A stretch of DNA of 41,468 nucleotides, from the IMG/VR virus record IMGVR_UViG_3300045988_045315. One strand, 5' to 3'. The notes below the pieces were generated by a model. That model did no database searches and was not told where the DNA came from. It worked only from the letters and a program-made list of their open reading frames with translations. The position numbers were made by a program, and so were the translations under genes. The DNA is from a virus. Shown piece after piece: positions 35,850 to 41,468 of the stretch (position 1 is its first letter; each line of letters begins with the position of its first letter).

Positions 35850-36235
35850 CAAAGCAGGAACAAAAACAATACTTGCAAACGTTCGTTGCAAGTCAAGGAA
35901 CCCAAGCCGGGTTAAATATAACGCCATTGCTCGAGGCGATAATAAACGGTAATGATGATATTTTCGTTGTTACGGTTGAGGATAACACCGAAAACACAAA
36001 GAAAGTAACCAACCCGCAGCGAGATATAGACAATTTCATTGCGGCGGCAAATGCAGACCCGTTGCACAACACGCCAAAAGTTTTCATTGATGGGGTTGTT
36101 TTGGCATTTACTCAAATTGAGTTGTCCGAAGATGAAATAAACGGATTGATTTTTGTTGATGGCGGCAAGTACCTATTGACGTTAAGCACGACAGAGGGAA
36201 ACAGCCATTTAGTTTATACAGCCAACCAGCCATGA
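35846..36235 (+). CDS. Hypothetical protein (129 aa)
   Basis: ORF only. Confidence 0.65.
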   Translation: MTKQEQKQYLQTFVASQGTQAGLNITPLLEAIINGNDDIFVVTVEDNTENTKKVTNPQRDIDNFIAAANADPLHNTPKVFIDGVVLAFTQIELSEDEINGLIFVDGGKYLLTLSTTEGNSHLVYTANQP

Positions 36236-36846
36236 GGAAGTATATAATAATAGCGGCGATTGCTTTGGCGGTTGCCGCCGTTGTCACTATATGTGTGCAA
36301 CGTTCCCGGATTGATACGTTGACCGGGGAAAGGGACAAATACAGGACCAACACGGAAACGCTATTGCAAGACGTTACCCAGTACCAAACGAAAGATAGTT
36401 TGAACGCCGCCAAAGTTGGGGTTTTGGAACTGAAATTGTCAGAGTTTGAAAAATACCGGACCAGCGATGCGGAGTTGATAAAGACTTTGCAGACAAAGAA
36501 CCGGGATTTGGAAGCTGTAACAACAGCACAGGTGGAAACAATAGCCAAATTGCGGGGAACCGTCCGGGACAGCATTGTATATTTGCCCGGAGATACAGTT
36601 GTTTTAAGATGCGTCGATATTTCCGACCCGTGGTTTTCATTGAAAGGATGCACGACGCCGGACGGGGAGTTTACCGGGACATTTATAAATCGTGATAGCA
36701 TTTTAATTGCGGAGACCGTACAATATCGGCGGTTTTTAGGATTCCTTTGGAAAACCAAGAAAATAAAGAGCCGGGAAATTGATATTATCAGCAGAAACCC
36801 GCATACAAAAATAATAGGGGTTGAATATATAGAAATTGAAAAATAA
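36232..36846 (+). CDS. Membrane-anchored coiled-coil protein, spanin-like (tentative)
   Basis: N-terminal TM segment IIIAAIALAVAAVVTICV followed by a helical region. Located in the lysis cluster. Confidence 0.4.
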   Translation: MRKYIIIAAIALAVAAVVTICVQRSRIDTLTGERDKYRTNTETLLQDVTQYQTKDSLNAAKVGVLELKLSEFEKYRTSDAELIKTLQTKNRDLEAVTTAQVETIAKLRGTVRDSIVYLPGDTVVLRCVDISDPWFSLKGCTTPDGEFTGTFINRDSILIAETVQYRRFLGFLWKTKKIKSREIDIISRNPHTKIIGVEYIEIEK

Positions 36847-36902
36847 CGATCTTTGTATCGAATTACATTTGACCACATAATTAAAGATTGTTTTCAAGGA
36901 TT

Positions 36903-36925
36903 AGCCGGGTTTTCCCCGGCTTTTT
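36903..36925 (+). terminator. Intrinsic terminator (first of a tandem pair)
   Basis: AGCCGGG-ttttc-CCCGGCT followed by T5. Confidence 0.7.
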
Positions 36926-36942
36926 CCGTTTTGCCCATTTTT

Positions 36943-36965
36943 AGCCCCGCAGAGGGCTTTTTTTT
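36943..36965 (+). terminator. Intrinsic terminator (second of a tandem pair)
   Basis: AGCCC-cgcaga-GGGCT followed by T8. Confidence 0.6.
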
Positions 36966-37074
36966 ATTCCGATGGATAAAGTTATACTACGGCAAAGAAA
37001 GTCCGTTAAAACGAAAATTCGCCAAAAATAACTATCTTTTGAACCAAAAGAAAAAATTTTTATGCGTTTTGCTC

Positions 37075-37124
37075 AAAATAAAAAGAAATTTTTTTGGTAA
37101 TTAAAAATAAAGGTTGTATATTTG
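37075..37124 (+). promoter_or_regulatory. Early promoter block P2
   Basis: AAAATAAAAAG, then TTTGGTAATTAAAAA (37093-37107), then TATATTTG (37117-37124), with a 20-nt -33/-7 spacer. Confidence 0.6.
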
Positions 37125-37177
37125 CATTGTCAAACAACAACGACGGGGCGTTTTCCTCGAACATAAAGAAAATAAAA

Positions 37178-37423
37178 ATGACAACAACAATTTACAACGG
37201 TTTGGAATATTCAACAAAATCAATCAATCGCAATTTCCGCATCAAGGTTAACGGAATGGTTGACGGAAACAAGATTAATAAGCTGGTCGGCGTAAAAGGA
37301 TTGATTGAATTGATTGGCGTTGAAATGGCAAACAAGATGTTGCGCCGTGCGTTCAATGGTAAGGACGGCAAAACCGTATGCAAATTGCGTCGTGGTATCA
37401 AAATTTCATTCTACAATAAATAA
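37178..37423 (+). CDS. Hypothetical basic protein (81 aa)
   Basis: The ATG is preceded by AAGAAAATAAAAATGA, the same leader end as at the 3392 gene. Confidence 0.6.
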   Translation: MTTTIYNGLEYSTKSINRNFRIKVNGMVDGNKINKLVGVKGLIELIGVEMANKMLRRAFNGKDGKTVCKLRRGIKISFYNK

Positions 37424-37457
37424 TATCCGACTGGGCGGGTTCCCGGAATAAATTCAA

Positions 37458-37634
37458 ATGAACATGGAAACAAAAACATATTTTTTAGAGTTGGTAAAAC
37501 AATTTGGAGAGTTCAATAATTGGAAAGGTTATATAGATTTGTATTTTACTGTAAAAGATATGCGAAAACTTAAAAAGTTAGGAGTAACAAAAAATAATAC
37601 AATAAAAGAAGCATACCAAATATTGAACAAATAA
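37458..37634 (+). CDS. Hypothetical protein (58 aa)
   Basis: ORF below the track cutoff that fills the gap after 37423. Confidence 0.4.
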   Translation: MNMETKTYFLELVKQFGEFNNWKGYIDLYFTVKDMRKLKKLGVTKNNTIKEAYQILNK

Positions 37635-37679
37635 CCGACGAAGCGTTTCTATTTCAAATTGGGTAAATTGTCTATCATT

Positions 37680-37758
37680 AAAAAACAACCCCGGAACATG
37701 GAATATATGTTGCTGGGGTTGTTTACGCAGTAACCGAGAGCGATATTTTGGTTTATGC
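37680..37758 (-). ncRNA. Predicted minus-strand small RNA (about 80 nt)
   Basis: A minus-strand promoter (see 37765-37795) is followed by a long hairpin. The outer arms are 37683-37692 / 37715-37724, with an inner AACAT/ATGTT stem. Only on the minus strand is the hairpin followed by a T6 run. Confidence 0.3.
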
Positions 37759-37764
37759 GGTACA

Positions 37765-37795
37765 CAAAAATATGATGTTTCCATGAAATTGCAAA
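37765..37795 (-). promoter_or_regulatory. Minus-strand promoter candidate
   Basis: Read on the minus strand: TTTG (37795-37792), a 19-nt spacer, then TATTTTTG (37772-37765). Confidence 0.35.
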
Positions 37796-37816
37796 ATCAG
37801 ACAAAAAAATAAATAC

Positions 37817-37865
37817 AAAATAAAAGTATTTGTTTTTGGTAATTAAAAAAATATTTGTATCTTTG
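37817..37865 (+). promoter_or_regulatory. Early promoter block P3
   Basis: AAAATAAAAG (37817-37826), then TTTGGTAATTAAAAA (37835-37849), then TATCTTTG (37858-37865), with a 19-nt spacer. Confidence 0.6.
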
Positions 37866-37971
37866 CAATAAACTTAAAGCCCACGCACGGGGATAGTGCG
37901 AAATATTATGATAGTAAGACAACAAAGCAATGAATTATCAATTGGAATATTAACCATTAAAAAATAAAGAT

Positions 37972-38217
37972 ATGAAATTAAGAGTGAATGAAGCAATTGC
38001 CCGTTCAGAGGCAAACGGAAAAAAGGTATTGAAAAAAGACATTGCCGCCCGTCTTTTTGAGGGTGCAAGCGAAAGCGCACAGCAAGTCAACATGACGAAT
38101 CTATGTAATGGAACGACCAAAAGAATCGTTCCGGAATGGGTCGTGATACTTTGTGAAATGCTGGATTGTTCAGCGGATTATTTATTTGGCATGGAGGACG
38201 GCAATAATGAAAAATAA
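37972..38217 (+). CDS. Helix-turn-helix DNA-binding protein (Cro/CI/XRE-like)
   Basis: KKDIAARLFEGASESAQQVNMTNLCNG...ILCEMLDCSADYLFGME shows an HTH with the typical ...DYLxG ending. Confidence 0.6.
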   Translation: MKLRVNEAIARSEANGKKVLKKDIAARLFEGASESAQQVNMTNLCNGTTKRIVPEWVVILCEMLDCSADYLFGMEDGNNEK

Positions 38218-38413
38218 GTTTATGAAATGGTTGGAATCCGTAACCGAAACTATGTTTACCGATTTGTTCCAAGCGAAAGCCATAATCGGTATATTTGGAG
38301 CATTGGGGGTATGTTGTTTGATTGGCGCATTTTGGAACCCGGGGCAATTGTTATTTGCTGCACTATGCGCTGTAATGGTTTTATGTGGAATTCCAGAATA
38401 TAAAAAAAAATAA
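38207..38413 (+). CDS. Small membrane protein (68 aa)
   Basis: Two hydrophobic helices. The start overlaps the upstream stop. Confidence 0.55.
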   Translation: MKNKFMKWLESVTETMFTDLFQAKAIIGIFGALGVCCLIGAFWNPGQLLFAALCAVMVLCGIPEYKKK

Positions 38414-38416
38414 ATA

Positions 38417-39805
38417 ATGAGAACCAAGAGCGATAAACCGGGCAACCCGGTAAAAGAGGTTGCGAGAACCGTCGGCAATGTTGCCCCGGATATGTTCCCG
38501 GAGGTTAACGAGGAACACCAAACGATTATTCCCTCACTTGTTGAGGTTCAACCGGAACAACCAACCGGAGTGTTTGAGATGATACCGGGCATGACGGTTG
38601 AGGAAATGACAGCAATGTTTTTTGATGGAGCGTTGATTGAACCGCCTTATAAAGTTTGGCAGCTAAACAGCAAAGGGCACCGCTACTATTACAAATTTGA
38701 CGACAACGGAACGCCGAAATTTTATCCGTCGGTTACAACCATTTTGTCGCAGACCATGCCACAATCGCCGTTTCTGATAAAATGGATTGCCGACAAGGGG
38801 ATTGACGAGGCGGAGCGATACAAGGCAGAACGGGCGGCGTATGGTACATTCATGCACGCCCAGTTTGAAGAACTTATAATTAACCGGGTTTATGATTTGG
38901 ACGGCTTGAAAGCCAAATTGAAAGAATATATTGATAACAACAAATTACCAGCCGATTTCATCTATTATGCGGACGATTTAAAAAAAGACGTTTTGGCGTT
39001 CGCTCAATTCGTGCTGGACTACGACGTGAAGCCGTTGGCTGTTGAAATAGCATTGGTAAACCCAGTTTATAATTACGCCGGAATGATTGATTTGCCGTGT
39101 ACGATGTTGACAAAGCCCGGTTCTGAAGATTACATAAACGCAATTGTGGATTTCAAAAGCGGACGAAAAGGTTTTCATGAGGAAGCGGAAATACAATTGC
39201 ATTTGTATAAAATGATGTGGAATGAAAATTTCCCCGACGTGCCGATTGAACGTGTGTTTAACTTTTCGCCGAAAGATTGGAGAAAGAAACCAACGTACAA
39301 TTTGAAAGACCAAACGGACAGCCCAAACGCACAGAAAATCACGTATCTGTTGGAATTGGCGGCAATTGAAGATGCCAAAAGGGACAACACGTTTACAGCC
39401 GTTTCCGGGGTTATATGTTTGGATGGGGAAACAGACTTGAACGACAATGTGACGTCGTTGACTTTGGCGGAACTGATAAAGAGTAAAGCCCCAGCAGAAA
39501 AGGAAAAGCCGGGACCCGACAAAGCCGTTGCCGTTGAGGATTTGAAACCGAAACCGGAGCAAAGCCAAAAACCAACGCCGGAGCCAGCGAAAGCCAAGAC
39601 AATAAAGAGAACCACACGAAAAAAAGGAAATGAGGCGGAAAACAAGCCCGTCAAGGCAAAAAGAACGGTAAAACGTACAATTGTGCCAAAAGAGAAAAAA
39701 ACGTCTGAAAACGCCTTAAAACAGCCTAAAAACGTGGGCGGTTCAGAAAAAAACGTTGTTAAGGCAGAAAAAACGGAGTTGTTAAACGATGAAATGGAAA
39801 TTTGA
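38417..39805 (+). CDS. PD-(D/E)XK (RecB/Cas4/lambda-exo-like) nuclease with Lys/Pro-rich C-terminal tail
   Basis: YPSVTTIL, GTFMH, GMIDL, IVDFKSG and QLHLYKMMW follow the order D...(D/E)xK...QxxxY of this fold. The last roughly 110 aa are low-complexity and basic. Confidence 0.7.
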   Translation: MRTKSDKPGNPVKEVARTVGNVAPDMFPEVNEEHQTIIPSLVEVQPEQPTGVFEMIPGMTVEEMTAMFFDGALIEPPYKVWQLNSKGHRYYYKFDDNGTPKFYPSVTTILSQTMPQSPFLIKWIADKGIDEAERYKAERAAYGTFMHAQFEELIINRVYDLDGLKAKLKEYIDNNKLPADFIYYADDLKKDVLAFAQFVLDYDVKPLAVEIALVNPVYNYAGMIDLPCTMLTKPGSEDYINAIVDFKSGRKGFHEEAEIQLHLYKMMWNENFPDVPIERVFNFSPKDWRKKPTYNLKDQTDSPNAQKITYLLELAAIEDAKRDNTFTAVSGVICLDGETDLNDNVTSLTLAELIKSKAPAEKEKPGPDKAVAVEDLKPKPEQSQKPTPEPAKAKTIKRTTRKKGNEAENKPVKAKRTVKRTIVPKEKKTSENALKQPKNVGGSEKNVVKAEKTELLNDEMEI

Positions 39806-39807
39806 GT

Positions 39808-40524
39808 ATGAAAGGACGTATAAACAGACCAACCCCCGGCGTTAAACGTGTCGTGTTGCCTCGTGTGGGGTTTGTTAAAGTGGGATTAAAAGAGGTCGGA
39901 AAGAATGGAAAAGAATATCCGAAAAGTGTTGATTACTTTATTCCAACTGGGAAATATGCCGGATTGTTTACACAAGCATACGGAGAAAAGCCGCAAACAA
40001 TCCAAATTGTTTTCCCGGACGATGACCCGGAAAAAGTATGCAATGAAATGTATGAATATAGTGATGACGACGGACGACGCATTGCATACGGCGATGGGGA
40101 AACGTTCTTTGTGTGGAATGGAAAACAGTATTGCCAATATAGCACAAAGGATTATCCCAATTTAATGGCAGGCGTTGCAGAAAAGCACCCGAACCGTTCT
40201 GTTTTGAAAGGTGGCGACGGTTGGGTTGTCACGTTGACCGTAACGTTTATTATTCCTTTGGTTCGTGGGGTCGCCGGGGTTTGGCAGTTCATAACAAAGG
40301 GTACGGCGTCAACAATTCCCAATATACGTGACACGTTCGATGCCATATTGCAGGAACGGGGGTTTGTCAAGGGGATAGTTTGGGACATGAATGTGCAATT
40401 TGCCGTTTCTCAAAAACCCGGAATCCGTTCTCGTTATCCAGTCGTTTCCATCGTCCCAAACGAAAGCGAGGGGAATTTGCGTAAAGTGACAGAAGCTTTT
40501 AAGCCCGTGAAGTTGTTGGATTGA
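39808..40524 (+). CDS. Hypothetical protein; N-terminus resembles phiC31 gp3-type (RDF-like) replication-module proteins (tentative)
   Basis: PRVGFVKVGLKE..GKNGKEYPKSVDYFIPT...YGEKPQTIQIVFPDD...YGDGETF. The resemblance is recalled from memory, not searched. First ATG; the track start at 39802 is TTG. Confidence 0.3.
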   Translation: MKGRINRPTPGVKRVVLPRVGFVKVGLKEVGKNGKEYPKSVDYFIPTGKYAGLFTQAYGEKPQTIQIVFPDDDPEKVCNEMYEYSDDDGRRIAYGDGETFFVWNGKQYCQYSTKDYPNLMAGVAEKHPNRSVLKGGDGWVVTLTVTFIIPLVRGVAGVWQFITKGTASTIPNIRDTFDAILQERGFVKGIVWDMNVQFAVSQKPGIRSRYPVVSIVPNESEGNLRKVTEAFKPVKLLD

Positions 40525-40535
40525 AATAAAACCGC

Positions 40536-40543
40536 TATATTTG
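40536..40543 (+). promoter_or_regulatory. Candidate -7 box TATATTTG
   Basis: Fits TAnnTTTG. The -33 element is only GTTG-like. Confidence 0.3.
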
Positions 40544-40605
40544 CGGTATGAAAATAAAATCAGTCGTCCGCTACCGACTGAACAATATATTGCTAATTTT
40601 AGCAT

Positions 40606-40656
40606 GCCCCGGGTTTGATGCGTAGCGGCTCAAATTGTGGGGCTTTTCTTTTTTTA
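40606..40656 (+). terminator. Intrinsic terminator / attenuator hairpin ending 3 nt before the next start codon
   Basis: GCCCC (40606-40610) pairs with GGGGC (40639-40643), with an inner TTTGA/TCAAA stem. The hairpin is followed by TTTTCTTTTTTTATTT. Confidence 0.5.
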
Positions 40657-40659
40657 TTT

Positions 40660-41136
40660 ATGAAATACAATGAGTATTTACAAAAAGGGTACGCAAAGTT
40701 ATGTTTCAACATTGTACCAAGACAATTGCACGTTTATTGGTTGTGCAATGATGTTTCAAATGAAATTATAAGGATAGGAATAACAAAGAACCCGTATTTG
40801 ATAGCGGCAAAAATACCCGATAAAACGCATTTAATTCTTTTCCAAGTTGACGACAAAGAAAAAGCCGAAATATTGGCTAATAGCATGATTTCGGATATTA
40901 GCCCAGCCGGGCAAAGATTGTTCAATGTATATACATTTGGGCAAGCAATTTACCGATTACGTGAGGTTTGCAATAATTATGATTTAGAAAGTATTATACA
41001 ATCATATAATGATGCAAACGAAGTGGCTCAAAAACTATTTTCATATCAAGGGAGAGAATGGATAAGTAAAAATGTTATTGATGATTATATCTCAATGGTT
41101 AACTATCTAAACAATAGAGAAAATGAAAGAAAATAA
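40660..41136 (+). CDS. AT-rich accessory protein (158 aa), weak GIY-YIG-like N-terminus
   Basis: VYWLCNDVSNEIIRIGITKNPYL loosely resembles GIY...YIG spacing. A 60-nt sample at 40741-40800 has 18/60 GC. The ATG at 40660 is preferred over 40615, which lies inside the hairpin. Confidence 0.3.
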   Translation: MKYNEYLQKGYAKLCFNIVPRQLHVYWLCNDVSNEIIRIGITKNPYLIAAKIPDKTHLILFQVDDKEKAEILANSMISDISPAGQRLFNVYTFGQAIYRLREVCNNYDLESIIQSYNDANEVAQKLFSYQGREWISKNVIDDYISMVNYLNNRENERK

Positions 41137-41468
41137 TTACATAACAATTCCCGGATTTTTACGTACACGATTAGATTTGAAAGGTAGTGAGTTGATAATA
41201 ACCGCACTTGTCTATGGATATTCGCAAGACGGCAATTCGTGGTTCATGGGAAAAACTGAATATATTGCAGAATGGACGGGAATTACTGATAAAAACGTTT
41301 TGCGTAGCCTTAAAAGTTTGACAGAAAAAGGAATATTGGAAAAAAAAGAAATATTTGTCAATAACAGGGCGAAACGGTGTTATTATAGATTCAACTTTGA
41401 ATGTTCAGAGTTCCAAAACAGCACCGTAGCCGGGTGTCAAAACAGCACCGTAGCCGGGTGTCAAAACA
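41123..41468 (+). CDS. Replication initiator / replisome-organizer-like protein, 5' portion (winged-HTH domain); runs off the window end and continues at nt 56
   Basis: LKGSELIITALVYGYSQDGNSWFMGKTEYIAEWTGITDKNVLRSLKSLTEKGILEKKE is typical of phage and plasmid initiator wHTH domains. No stop codon occurs before the window end. Confidence 0.65.
   Translation, partial: MKENNYITIPGFLRTRLDLKGSELIITALVYGYSQDGNSWFMGKTEYIAEWTGITDKNVLRSLKSLTEKGILEKKEIFVNNRAKRCYYRFNFECSEFQNSTVAGCQNSTVAGCQN
41414..41468. repeat. 55-nt exact copy of window positions 1-55 (terminal overlap)
   Basis: Two full 24-bp units plus CAAAACA, identical to the window start. Confidence 0.95.

Noticed and set aside
36853-37104. 83-aa + strand ORF after the lysis cluster
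   Set aside because: It runs through two intrinsic terminators and the P2 promoter block, so the region is better explained as regulatory and non-coding.
37578-37784. 68-aa minus-strand ORF
   Set aside because: Its ATG lies upstream of the predicted minus-strand transcription start, its reading frame runs through the terminator hairpin, and its sequence is low-quality.
40615-40659. N-terminal extension of the 40660 gene (ORF track start 40615)
   Set aside because: The extension is encoded by the terminator hairpin and its T-tract (…AFLFLF…), so the ATG at 40660 is more plausible.
1-41468. tRNA genes, integrase/attP, and transposase or IS elements
   Set aside because: Intergenic regions are short, and none folds into a cloverleaf by eye. 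No tyrosine or serine recombinase or transposase motif was seen in any ORF.

Overview
The window is a complete tailed dsDNA phage genome that was assembled as a circle. The first and last 55 nt are identical, so the unique length is 41,413 bp. Every credible gene is on the + strand.

Gene order starts with a replication initiator whose gene wraps the contig ends and contains an iteron and AT-rich, origin-like segment. An AT-rich DNA methyltransferase cluster follows, with one intact DPPY enzyme and two decayed C5 enzymes. Next is a recombination and repair module: a RuvC-like resolvase, an SMC/RecN-like ATPase, a DnaQ-like exonuclease, an HNH-like nuclease and SSB. ASCH and MazG-like accessory genes follow. 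TerS and TerL come next, then a small self-contained regulatory cassette.

The virion module follows: portal, scaffold, major capsid, a 1,215-aa tape-measure-like protein, and a tail fibre with foreign base composition. Lysis genes (holin, amidase) and tandem terminators close the late region. An early region with HTH, PD-(D/E)XK nuclease and RDF-like genes completes the circle.

Promoter-like sites fit the Bacteroidota TTTG / TAnnTTTG pattern, and Shine-Dalgarno sequences are mostly absent, which suggests a Bacteroidota host. I found no integrase, DNA polymerase, helicase, primase, tRNA, CRISPR array or reverse transcriptase.

Most interesting observations:
1. A cassette with acr-aca-like architecture sits between terL and the virion genes. 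It has an operator-bearing promoter, a 68-aa acidic ORF, an XRE HTH gene and a terminator.
2. A lambda-O-style origin lies inside the initiator gene.
3. The genome's only minus-strand unit is a predicted small RNA of about 80 nt.
4. Three near-identical early promoter blocks are present.
5. A terminator-containing leader ends 3 nt before an AT-rich accessory gene.

All functional calls come from motif reading by eye. No database search was run.
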